Of a stretch of DNA of 64,000 nt, positions 9,513-18,164 are shown piece after piece (within the stretch, counting starts at the first letter, position 1; every line of letters starts with the position of its first letter). This DNA is from Planctomycetota bacterium (GTDB taxonomy: Bacteria; Planctomycetota; Phycisphaerae; Phycisphaerales; UBA5793): positions 1,026,581 to 1,090,580 of the forward strand of contig JABFGK010000001.1 of NCBI GenBank assembly GCA_013112555.1, in the 5' to 3' direction. Below the pieces are notes generated by a model. The model was given only the letters and a program-made list of their open reading frames with translations, made no database searches and was not told where the DNA came from. A program made the translations under genes and the position numbers.

Positions 9513-10022
9513 ATGGTCCTTGATATTAATGTGAATCTCACAATAAAGATAATCCGTGTCACCGCTGCCGTCATCTTCGTGATGACGTTTATCACGTCGA
9601 ACTACACTTCCAACAGCGTGTACAAATGGGCGAGCCGTCCAATCGGAGGGATCCGGCAGGTCGAACTGCACGTCGGTGACGGCGAGATCGACATCCTGTG
9701 GACCAGGGCGCGTTCGGCCAATCCGAATGCGTGGTACGTCACACCGGCCCGCCTTACCGTGCATTTTGTGCATCACCGGGTCAGGGGAATCAGGAAGCCG
9801 GTCTTCCGGTTGTCCCACCCGGGCTGGACGCTGACCCTCCCCTTCTGGTTGATCATTCTCGTCAGCGGGGCAGCCGCGTTTGCACTCAGCATCAGTGATC
9901 TGCGACGGCACCTTCGTAGCGCGCAGGGCAAGTGCCCACGGTGCGGCTACGACCTGCGCGGCAACCGGGATGATGAGAGCGGCTGTCCGGAGTGCGGGTA
10001 TGGGAGAGAGAAGGATGAGTAG
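9513..10022 (+). CDS. Hypothetical membrane protein with C-terminal zinc-ribbon (CPRCGYDLRG...CPECG)
   Basis: 169-aa ORF. One clear TM (LTLPFWLIILVSGAAAFALSI) is followed by CxxC-x15-CxxC. The start is uncertain: ATG 9513 has a weak RBS, and ATG 9582 is an alternative. Confidence 0.6.
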   Translation: MVLDINVNLTIKIIRVTAAVIFVMTFITSNYTSNSVYKWASRPIGGIRQVELHVGDGEIDILWTRARSANPNAWYVTPARLTVHFVHHRVRGIRKPVFRLSHPGWTLTLPFWLIILVSGAAAFALSISDLRRHLRSAQGKCPRCGYDLRGNRDDESGCPECGYGREKDE

Positions 10023-10108
10023 CCGGGCAGGTCAGGACGAGGTCCTCAGAGCCCTGATAGGATCTACTGCCGAATCTGTATACGTAGTTGCACAGTGCCC
10101 GCGTTCCG

Positions 10109-11080
10109 CTACTTGTATGAACTTGCAACGGTGGATAAATCGCATTTGTCGATGCTTTCACTGTGAAGCGGGCGGTGCCACTCACATCGCGTGACGCCAA
10201 CAGTTGTATTCCAGGGTGTCTCAATTTCACTAAGAGGAACAGGCATATAAAACGCCTCCTCGCTCAGAGAAAAACCATGCATCAGGCGAAGTCTGCTTAT
10301 TACGTTATTCAGAGACCATGATGCAAGTTGTAGCTTCAATACCGTCGCCTCTGCACTCCAGTTTAGTGACACTTGCCTTAGCGCTACGTGAGGACGCCGC
10401 GGTGACGGGAGCTTGCCATCGAATGTGTCTACAGTGTAAAACGTAGAACCATGTGCACTTCCTCCCAGTATTCTCATGTCCTCCGCTGCTGCAGGTACCC
10501 CTGGAACGGTTTCAGGCCCGAAAGAGAAGGTAAAACCACCAGCGCCAAGCCTGTACCCGTGCTTGATACTGTTATATTCGGCGCGGAAGTCCTTGCTCAC
10601 GTACTCGGCTGCTAATCGACGCCAGAGCAACGAGAAAGCGTCTACAAGTCCGTCTGGTGCATTTGAAAGATCGGCATGAACATACGCAGACACGTTCTCC
10701 CATGATGACTTCTCTAGACCGACGCGATTGAGTATGTGCTTGCCGTTGCTTATCGAAGCAACTAGTGCGAGCAAATCCGCATTGCGGTACAGCTGTAGCC
10801 ATCCCAGTGGGTAGCTGGGTGCCTGTAGTAACGCCCCAAGCAAGGCAAACAGAGCTTCCAGACATTGATAATACGACACTCTGACCGCTATTGAGGCATA
10901 ACGAGATCTGTCTGTTGTGATCTCTGGGTCAAGTAGAGTGGCGATGAATGAGAAGTACTCAGCATCTATTCTAGCAAGGTAGTTCTTCGCCTGGTCTGCA
11001 AGATTCCAGCCATGAACGCAATATGGTGTATCTACAACAAGGAAGCAGTAGTGCGGCGCTTTTGTCTGTTGAGTGCTCAT
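10109..11080 (-). CDS. Hypothetical protein, orphan, in a low-GC patch
   Basis: 323-aa ATG-initiated ORF. It is the only long ORF in ~10.02-11.4 kb, where composition is visibly AT-richer than the flanks, with many A/T-ending codons. I recognise no motif with confidence. Confidence 0.6.
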   Translation of the reverse strand: MSTQQTKAPHYCFLVVDTPYCVHGWNLADQAKNYLARIDAEYFSFIATLLDPEITTDRSRYASIAVRVSYYQCLEALFALLGALLQAPSYPLGWLQLYRNADLLALVASISNGKHILNRVGLEKSSWENVSAYVHADLSNAPDGLVDAFSLLWRRLAAEYVSKDFRAEYNSIKHGYRLGAGGFTFSFGPETVPGVPAAAEDMRILGGSAHGSTFYTVDTFDGKLPSPRRPHVALRQVSLNWSAEATVLKLQLASWSLNNVISRLRLMHGFSLSEEAFYMPVPLSEIETPWNTTVGVTRCEWHRPLHSESIDKCDLSTVASSYK

Positions 11081-11757
11081 TCTGAATGTGCCAACTGTAG
11101 GGTATTAAGAGGGAGAGCGTTATTATACAAACAAACGCGGCTGAGATCGCTATATGGGAACCAGTAGTCGGCAGGTTCGTCTATCCGCTAGCAAGGCGAA
11201 TGTCAACAAGTCTGGGTCGATATTCTCGTACCGCTATAAGCCTATTGCCATAGTATATGTCAGGCATCTGTTAGGTCAAGAGAAAGGGACCAGGTAATAC
11301 GAGAACTTGCCCCGTAGTTTGTGTCCTCCTGCGCCCCTCGGGGGCGTTGGCACGAACGACGCGACGGAGGAGTCGTGTCATTTGGCACCTGTTGAGGACT
11401 CGCCCCGGCTCTGTCAGGGCTTGCGTTCTGACCTACACCTCTGATTCACAACCGACGCGCGGGATCGTCTAGTCGATTCTGTTGTATCACCCTGGATGCC
11501 CGCGTTCGCGAGCATGACGAGCGAGGTAATGGTGTATGACTTGTCCCTATTCAGGCAGTTACGCGCCCGGATGTGGTCCCTGGATCTTCGGCCCTCGGGA
11601 TCGGTGTGCGCAAACCTCGGGGCGGTGGAGCCCCTATAGTGTGCAGGCAGGCGCGAGCCTGCACCGGGCCGCTGCGGGGGATGGATCACATCGGATGTCG
11701 GGGCGGCGACCTGTCAGAATATATACGTGAATTTCCAGATATCCGGAGGTACAGGAT

Positions 11758-12066
11758 ATGATTACTGTTGGTATGAACTACAATGTCATCCCGGGCAAAC
11801 AGGGGGAGTTTGAAGACAAGTTTCGTGGTGTGCTGTCGGCTCTTCGAGAGGCCGACGGGCATGTTGAGTCGAAGATGTTTCGCGATATCGACGATGAGTG
11901 TGCCTACCTGATCGTCAGCGAATGGGGCGAGCAGGACAAATTCATGGGGTTCATTCGGAGTGATGCGTTCAAAGCCGTGACCAACTGGGGCAAGGACCAG
12001 ATCCTGGCCGGGCGCCCGCAGCACACGATTTACAAACATCCCGATCAGGGCGCGCCACAGCACTGA
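11758..12066 (+). CDS. Antibiotic-biosynthesis-monooxygenase (ABM) domain protein
   Basis: 102 aa, with GGAGG 8 nt upstream of the ATG. The pattern MITVGMNYNVIPGKQGEFEDKF...YLIVSEWGEQDKFMGFIRSDAFKAV is typical of the ferredoxin-like ABM fold. Confidence 0.75.
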   Translation: MITVGMNYNVIPGKQGEFEDKFRGVLSALREADGHVESKMFRDIDDECAYLIVSEWGEQDKFMGFIRSDAFKAVTNWGKDQILAGRPQHTIYKHPDQGAPQH

Positions 12067-12084
12067 TCGTCCGAGTACAGTCCT

Positions 12085-12852
12085 ATGTTCGGCAGACGAA
12101 AGCGTCGACGCGAGCAGATCCGCTCTCAGCCGTTCCCCCCGGAGTGGTGGCACTGGATCGTTGTTAACGTTCCATATGTGAATACACTCAATGAGGCAGA
12201 CCAGCGCGAACTCAAAGGCCACATTCGTGTCCTGCTCGATGAAAAACGCTTTGAGGGCTGTGGCGGGCTGGAGATCACTAACGAAATCCGTGTCACGATC
12301 GCCGCCCAGGCTGCCTTGTTGTTATTACATCGTGAGACCGAGTACTACCCGACACTCAAGTCGATCCTCGTCTACCCGACGGCGTTTAAGTCGCATCTGA
12401 CGGTTCCTCGGCCGGATGGCACGGTCATCGAAGGTGAAGTCGCACGGCGAGGCGAGTCGTGGTTCCGCGGGTCTCTCGTATTGTCCTGGCATGATGTGAA
12501 GCGCGGGGCCGACCACCCCGGCGACGGCCGCAACGTCGTCCTGCACGAGTTTGCCCATCAACTCGACGGCGAATCCGGTGCCATGGACGGGGCACCGGCA
12601 TTGCCCAGCAGCGGATGTTACCGTGCCTGGGCTGAAGTGCTCGGTGATGAGTATCGTGACCTTCTCAGGTCCGTCCATCAACGGCATCATCACTTGCTCG
12701 ACCGCTATGCTGCGACGAACCCGCCCGAGTTCTTTGCCGTTGCTACCGAGTTTTTCTTCGAGCAGCCGTATATGATGCGCCTGCATCATCCTGACTTGTA
12801 TGAGCAACTGTCCGAGTTCTATCAGCAGGACCCGGCTGCGAATCTCGGTTGA
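12085..12852 (+). CDS. mtfA: MtfA-like zinc metallopeptidase (M90 family)
   Basis: 255 aa; HEFAHQLD zinc motif, ...NPPEFFAVATEFFFEQP... and the N-terminal W..W....P region are characteristic of MtfA/DUF980-type peptidases. Confidence 0.8.
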   Translation: MFGRRKRRREQIRSQPFPPEWWHWIVVNVPYVNTLNEADQRELKGHIRVLLDEKRFEGCGGLEITNEIRVTIAAQAALLLLHRETEYYPTLKSILVYPTAFKSHLTVPRPDGTVIEGEVARRGESWFRGSLVLSWHDVKRGADHPGDGRNVVLHEFAHQLDGESGAMDGAPALPSSGCYRAWAEVLGDEYRDLLRSVHQRHHHLLDRYAATNPPEFFAVATEFFFEQPYMMRLHHPDLYEQLSEFYQQDPAANLG

Positions 12853-12954
12853 TACGCCTTATCTGTGCGGTGGCCTGTGATGACGTTTCAATACCCGAAG
12901 CACACTCTGAGCAATGAGAAGTGGGAAACACGCGATCAGCGGCGCATAAGGAAT

Positions 12955-13218
12955 ATGAAAGCGACTGCGCGCTGGAACGGCAGGGTGCTGCTGTACGGAT
13001 TGGCCCCCATCATGTTGATCGCACCACTCGTTGGTCCAATGCCGAGCCGGTGGTGGGAGTGGGCAGGCTGTTGGGTGGTGGGGGTGTGTGTCGCTGGTGG
13101 AAGTGTCGCGCTGATCCGCTGGGGGAGGAATCCGTTTTATCGCTCTCCGGTCCTGAGCCGGCGCCCGGTAGAAGGCAGTGAAGATGACGAGGCAGAGGTC
13201 TGCAGTACGCACGAGTGA
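12955..13218 (+). CDS. Small hypothetical membrane protein
   Basis: Two hydrophobic spans (VLLYGLAPIMLIAPLVG, AGCWVVGVCVAGGSVALI). ATG 12955 follows TAAGGAA. The ORF track offers a GTG at 12865. Confidence 0.4.
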   Translation: MKATARWNGRVLLYGLAPIMLIAPLVGPMPSRWWEWAGCWVVGVCVAGGSVALIRWGRNPFYRSPVLSRRPVEGSEDDEAEVCSTHE

Positions 13219-13289
13219 CGAGTGATTCGACAAGCAAGTAACGGCCGATCTGGATTGGCTGTCTCAGTCAGGCGGTAGCGAGGTGTGCT

Positions 13290-15004
13290 ATGGCGAGTGG
13301 TGGGCTGGAGCATCATGAAGGACAATCGGCAGCCAAACTGGTGATCAGTGGCCCTGATGGGATTGCTGAATACTCATTGACCAGGAACGGACTGCTCATC
13401 GGCCGCGCGCCGACGTGCCATGCCGTGCTGACGGATCGGCAGGTGTCTCGGCAGCATGCGCGACTGTTCCGTGATCCGTTCGGGCGCTGGCTGATCGAGG
13501 ATCTGAACAGTCGGCAGGGGCTGTCGGTTGGCGGCAACAAGGTCCAGGTTCACACGATGATGCCGGGGCTTGATGTCACGATCGGACCCTACCGGGCCAC
13601 GCTCATTGATGATTCCGAGTTTGTCATCGAAGCGGATCCACAGGCATCGTCGGCGGTGAACGTGCTCCCGGAAGCGGAGGACCATCATCACATTCAGGAT
13701 GAGATGGCCACCGATGCGGGTATCTCGCGCGCGTGGTTGCGCGGGCTGAATTCCGCTGCGGAACGACTCTCGACACTGCAAAACGTAAGTGATCTCTATC
13801 CTGAGGCATGTCGCAGGGCAGCGTGTGTCCCAGGTGCCGTTGCGCTCGTGATTCGCATCAACGTTGCCGGCGAGACTTCGCAGACGGGTGGGCCGCAGGT
13901 GTTGGCCTGCCAGGCACATTCCGGACCGGCGATCGAACGGGTCGGCGAATGTGTCAACGTACACATATCAAGGCGGGTCATGGCCGGGGTGCGGGCCGGT
14001 CGAGACGTCGTCCACGCGCGCACCGATGGGCTCAGCGCCGGCCGAGGCCACTCCCAGCGCATGTCTTGACCATCGGAGACAGCCACGCTCCTCGGGCCGT
14101 GTCTTGTCATGTGATCACGGACCGGTCCGAGTCGGTGGACGTCCTGTATGTGGATGCGCCGCAGGACCACGGCACGGACAGTGTGCAAGCCTTTGTCCAA
14201 GCCCTCTCGCAGCAGGTTCGCATCGTCCGGCGTAATCTCCTCTTGCTGGAAATGATGAAGCGCCGGCGTCTCCTGGACGGGCAACTCGAGGTGGCCAGCG
14301 AGATCCAGGAGAAACTGACACCGGCAGCACGGTGCCGAGGTGAGCACTGGGAGACGGCAGCGTTCTACAAACCGGCGATGTGGGTCGGCGGCGATTTTTG
14401 TGATCTGTGGGCCCTGCCCGACGGGCGGTTGGCGTTTGCGGCCGGCGATGTCTCCGGCAAGGGGCTGCCGGCGGCAATGGTCATGTCAAACCTGCACGCA
14501 GCGCTCCGAGCAGCGACCACATTCAGTGACACGCCTGCCGATGCGCTCACCTATGTAAACACGCACCTGCAGCACTCCCTGATCGGCGGCATGTTTGTTT
14601 CGCTCTTCTTCGGGGTTCTTGATGGCGAAACCGGCACCCTGGAGTTCGTCAATGCCGGCCACATCCCGCCGCTGATCTGTACCAGCACGTGGGAGGTGGA
14701 CGAGTTTGCCATACCACAGAATCCGATCCTCGGTGTGGTCGATCACCCGTTGGAGAGTGATCGTCGAGTGCTCGCGCCGGACTCGACCCTGATCATCGTG
14801 ACCGACGGGGTCACCGAGGCAGGTGGTGAGAATGGTGAAGAGTTCGGCACGGCCCGAGTGGCTGATGCATTGCGTCAAGCACGAGACCGAACGCCGGAGC
14901 AACTCGTGCAGAGTGTGACCAACGCCGTGTTGCGCTGGCGCGGGATGGGACCGCAGCAGGATGACATCACCGTACTGGCTGTCCGCCGGACGAGCGGTGC
15001 GTAA
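13290..15004 (+). pseudogene. FHA domain - GAF-like - PP2C/SpoIIE phosphatase, frame broken near 14040-14070 (alternatively two adjacent genes)
   Basis: ORF 13290..14069 has an FHA core (LLIGRAPTCHAVLTDRQVSRQHARLFRDPFGRWLIEDLNSRQGLSVGG). It is followed by a GAF-like stretch that continues in a different frame (…LTIGDSHAPRAVSCHVITDRSESVDVLYVDAP…) into ORF 13808..15004. That ORF carries SpoIIE/PP2C motifs (GGDFCDLW, AAGDVSGKGLPAAMVM, FVNAGHIPP, IIVTDGVTEA, QQDDITVLAV). Confidence 0.65.
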
Positions 15005-15021
15005 CTCGTCGTGTGCGCCGA

Positions 15022-15297
15022 TCAGGAGTGTGCTTCGAGTGTGGCCTTGATCCTGGATCGTGATTCGTGAGACAGATGCACGGCGTCATTCGGCTCCGCG
15101 CTGATCCGCATCATCACATCACGAAGGATGAGCAGGAAGAGCGCATACTTACGACACGGGCCGCAGACAAACAGGTGGAAGCGGAGGGCGGCTCGCTCGT
15201 AGCCTGCCAGGGGGCGCTCGGACTTGTCGGAGAGCAACTGCGACGCCTGCCGGCAATTGACGTTGAGCACAAACTGGATCTTCTTGAGGAGGTTCAT
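15022..15297 (-). CDS. Anti-sigma factor, zf-HC2 type
   Basis: H-x3-C-x2-C motif (RFHLFVCGPCRKY) plus an earlier Cys (NVNCRQA). ATG 15297 lies 4 nt after the sigma gene TGA (15302-15304) and follows GAGGAC. The ORF track start 15342 would overlap the sigma gene. Confidence 0.7.
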   Translation of the reverse strand: MNLLKKIQFVLNVNCRQASQLLSDKSERPLAGYERAALRFHLFVCGPCRKYALFLLILRDVMMRISAEPNDAVHLSHESRSRIKATLEAHS

Positions 15298-15301
15298 GTC
15301 C

Positions 15302-15919
15302 TCAACATCCCTCTTTCGCAGCAGCAGGTGTGGTTTTCGCATCGCCGAGCCAATGAACTTCCAGACACTCCCGGAGCGTGATCCGCATCCGGTGAAGCCG
15401 TGTCCAGAGATTGGTCGGCGTAATGGACAGTACCTTACAGATCGAATCGGAGTCCATTTGGTCTAATTCGCGCAGTGAAAACACGTGTGCCAATGCCGGC
15501 GGCAGTTTATCGGCACAGAGGTCCAGCGCAGCCCGGAACTCTCTGAGTTCGTCGGGTGACAGATTCGATCCGGACCAGCCGACCGGAGCATCGGACCACT
15601 TGCCCTTTTTCGCAAACTTCGCATCGAAATAGGTCTCGTCCGGGGTCGGTTCAAAGCGGTCCCGCTCGCGGGCGCGCTTTCGGATATGGTCGACGATCTT
15701 GTTGCGGAGGATACTGATGAACCAAGTCTGCTCGGCTGACTTGCCGGAGAATGAATCGCGGTTCTGCAAGGCGGCCAGCAGTGTTTCCTGCACGAGTTCC
15801 TCGGCGGTCTCGCGGTCTCGCACCCTTTTCACGGCATAGCGGAACAGGATGTCACCGTGGGCATCGACCCAGGTGGCAGGGTCGGAGGTGGTGAGGTTCG
15901 TTGCCGGCTGTTCGGGCAT
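15302..15919 (-). CDS. ECF (sigma-70 family group 4) RNA polymerase sigma factor
   Basis: Region 2 (AEELVQETLLAALQNRDSFSG..QTWFISILRNKIVDHIRK) and region 4 (FSLRELDQMDSDSICKVLSITPTNLWTRLHRMRITLRE). The ORF track start 15925 is TTG; the ATG two codons later (15919) is preferred. Confidence 0.9.
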   Translation of the reverse strand: MPEQPATNLTTSDPATWVDAHGDILFRYAVKRVRDRETAEELVQETLLAALQNRDSFSGKSAEQTWFISILRNKIVDHIRKRARERDRFEPTPDETYFDAKFAKKGKWSDAPVGWSGSNLSPDELREFRAALDLCADKLPPALAHVFSLRELDQMDSDSICKVLSITPTNLWTRLHRMRITLRECLEVHWLGDAKTTPAAAKEGC

Positions 15920-16135
15920 CGTCAATCATCCTGCTGTGGCTTGCTGATACACGATAGGGGGGGAATGTCGCCCGGGCTGGACTGGCATCATCTGACTGGC
16001 CGGCTGCGCCGGTCGCCCGGGTGCTGCGGCTGGAAACTCAGGGGCAAAGAGATGCCCCGCGACAGACCGGTGTGATCTATCACGGGGCGCTCTTGGGGTG
16101 TAGAGATTCTTCGTCGCTCACTCGGGCCGGCTCGA

Positions 16136-17893
16136 TTACTCCACAGTCAACACGTTTGAGGGACAGCAGGTGTTGAGGTCAACAGCCTGCAGGTGGAGTT
16201 TGCCGCACGCCATGGGCGGGATGTTTCCATTGAAGACGGCGATCCCGTCGACGTCGGCCGTCGCGAGCGCGTGTGCCAGCGGAGCGGCGATGGCCAGTTC
16301 CAGCCCGACACACCGAGGTCCCGAAGTGATGGTGTAACACCCATCCGACAGGGCATAGGCCAGCGCCACCGGGCCGAAGGGGGTGGCATTGGTCACGGTG
16401 AAGGTGGCAGGTCCACCGCCCGGGCAGGTCCATACGCCGGACAGACCCACATCACACAGGCAGGGGCACCGGCGCTCGTCAGGTTCCTCATCAAGGTTGA
16501 TCAGGTTCGTGACATCTTCCCAGTCCGGATTGCCAGTGTGCCGCTCGATCGTCACTTTGGTCACGATGGGCTCCCAGGGGACCAGTGTCAGCGTATTCTC
16601 AGGGGCCGGACAGCCAAGCGGTGTCGCACCGCAGGGGTTTGTTCTCACAGCGTAACCGTCCGCCATTCCGGGGCCGAAGGATTCGGTTTCACCGACCATG
16701 AAGTACACATCATCGCTCGTTTTGAGCGCTGAGCCGAACCACTCATAGCCACTCCAGTAGGTCCGGATCCAGCGTGCCGACGCTCCGGTTGCATCATGAT
16801 CAAGAACCGCGAACTGGGCACCGGCACCGGTGCGCCGCCGGCTCGGGAACACGGACGATTCCCCCGATTTCTCCGGTGACACTTCGATCGAGTTGGTTCC
16901 GGTGATGTCCGGGGTGATGTAGTACCATTGCAGCGAGCCGTCCGGATGGAGACGCATGACGTAGGTGTCGCCATTTGTGAGATTCGCGTTCTGGTTGCCG
17001 GTCACCACGATGTCACCGTTGGGACAGATGTCCATCCCGCGTGCATGTTCGCTCCTGTCATCTGGAATCGCATACGTCTTGGCCCACAGCACATTCAGAC
17101 CCGGATCCAACTTAAGGACGAGCGTGTCCTTGTCATTTGTCTGGTAGTTCTCCGTAAGACCGCAGATGAGATAGCCGTCGTCCACTGCCTCGATGTCGAG
17201 GAACTCGATAATCGACTCCTCGGCAAGTGCAGCGTCGCGGTACCGAAAGAACGAAGTGACATTCCCGGTAAGTGCATCGAAGCGGTAGATGTACCCGCGC
17301 CGCCGCAAGCCGGTGAATCCCCGGCCTCGACCTGCGACGAGCCATTCATCCGTCCCGGGTATCTGAACGATCGAGGTTCCGCGGATGTCGGCCCTGGTGG
17401 AGTACAGTCCGTTCATTGTGTCGGCCCAGCGCATGGTCAGCAGTGCTGAGTCGAAGGCAGCAACGACGATGCTCTGGGACGTGGTTGTATCCTGATTCGC
17501 CTCGCCGCAGACGACGAAGTAGGTTCCATCTGCCGACTCTTCGATTCGGGTGCCGAATGTGTAGACATCGGCACCGGTTGCGTCCCGAAGGTGGAGGCGA
17601 CGATTCCAGGCCAGCCCGCTGTTGTCGGTGAGGCCGGCCGCCCAGATTCCCTGTTCGTAGGCAAACGGCACATTGTCGCGATTGCCAACTGCCAGGTACC
17701 CACCGCCCTGGGCCTCGCGCACCCAGACGAAGCGCTCGTCGGCGTTCGGTCTGCCGTAGGCAGCCTGCCACTCCTGGGCCATGCCGGCCGGGGCCGTCAT
17801 GGTCATGGCAGCACTGAGGAAGAGCGCTGCACCGCACCCCGGAACGAATCGATTGATCCATGTGTGTTGTTTGCTGTGTGAAGGCATGATCAT
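16136..17893 (-). CDS. Secreted repeat (beta-propeller-like) protein with Cys-rich C-terminal domain
   Basis: AAGGAG RBS then ATG 17893/17887. Signal peptide ...GAALFLSAAMTMTAPAGMAQE. The last ~100 aa (CPGGGPATFTVTNATPFGPVALAYALSDG...NIPPMACGKLHLQAVDLNTCCPSNVLTVE) are homologous to the partial CDS at 3-311. The upstream 48 codons in the ORF track lack support. Confidence 0.75.
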   Translation of the reverse strand: MIMPSHSKQHTWINRFVPGCGAALFLSAAMTMTAPAGMAQEWQAAYGRPNADERFVWVREAQGGGYLAVGNRDNVPFAYEQGIWAAGLTDNSGLAWNRRLHLRDATGADVYTFGTRIEESADGTYFVVCGEANQDTTTSQSIVVAAFDSALLTMRWADTMNGLYSTRADIRGTSIVQIPGTDEWLVAGRGRGFTGLRRRGYIYRFDALTGNVTSFFRYRDAALAEESIIEFLDIEAVDDGYLICGLTENYQTNDKDTLVLKLDPGLNVLWAKTYAIPDDRSEHARGMDICPNGDIVVTGNQNANLTNGDTYVMRLHPDGSLQWYYITPDITGTNSIEVSPEKSGESSVFPSRRRTGAGAQFAVLDHDATGASARWIRTYWSGYEWFGSALKTSDDVYFMVGETESFGPGMADGYAVRTNPCGATPLGCPAPENTLTLVPWEPIVTKVTIERHTGNPDWEDVTNLINLDEEPDERRCPCLCDVGLSGVWTCPGGGPATFTVTNATPFGPVALAYALSDGCYTITSGPRCVGLELAIAAPLAHALATADVDGIAVFNGNIPPMACGKLHLQAVDLNTCCPSNVLTVE

Positions 17894-18164
17894 TTGCTCC
17901 TTATCTGTACCTGCACGTGGTGAGTTGCGTCGGAGAGCAACTGTTTCTCCGCGAGGTGGTTTCTGCGACTGCCCAGTTCTCATCGATGCGTGCCCGTCAG
18001 GCAGCGGGAATCTGAGCGAGGCTGACAACCACATCACCTCTCACTCTGAAACACGCTCGTCAGCGACGGAAGCGGCAGCGAGTTGAGCGATTGCCTCAGG
18101 AAATGTGTGTTTTGACAAAGATTTAATCTTGCATCCGGACGTGGCAGGGGTTTTCTGATGATGT

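Noticed and set aside
10130-10138. DnaA box search around the skew switch
   Set aside because: The only 8/9 match to TGTGGATAA that I saw is GGTGGATAA at 10130-10138, which lies inside a coding region. The other candidates (TGATTCACA ~11442, TTATACAAA ~11124) are 7/9 or worse and do not cluster. This is insufficient to annotate an oriC.
10017-10194. 59-aa Cys-rich ORF (MSSRAGQDEVLRAL...CRCFHCEAGG) starting at the stop of the zinc-ribbon gene
   Set aside because: It overlaps the 3' end of the better-supported 323-aa minus-strand ORF by ~85 nt. Its N-terminus is simply the right-hand copy of the 40-bp direct repeat. There is no RBS, so I kept it only as a remote possibility.
10109-11080. HEPN-type nuclease call for the low-GC orphan, based on FRAEYNSIKHG
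   Set aside because: The spacing is R-x7-H, outside the canonical R-x(4-6)-H. I have no second supporting feature, so it remains a hypothetical protein.
11081-11757. tRNA, tmRNA or other integration-target RNA gene next to the low-GC islet (and tRNA/rRNA anywhere in the window)
   Set aside because: I found no cloverleaf-compatible sequence with a GTTCGAATC-type T-loop, and no rRNA-like conserved blocks. The local hairpins are short and isolated.
11686-12222. 178-aa minus-strand ORF
   Set aside because: It is antisense to the ABM and MtfA genes, both of which have an RBS plus family motifs.
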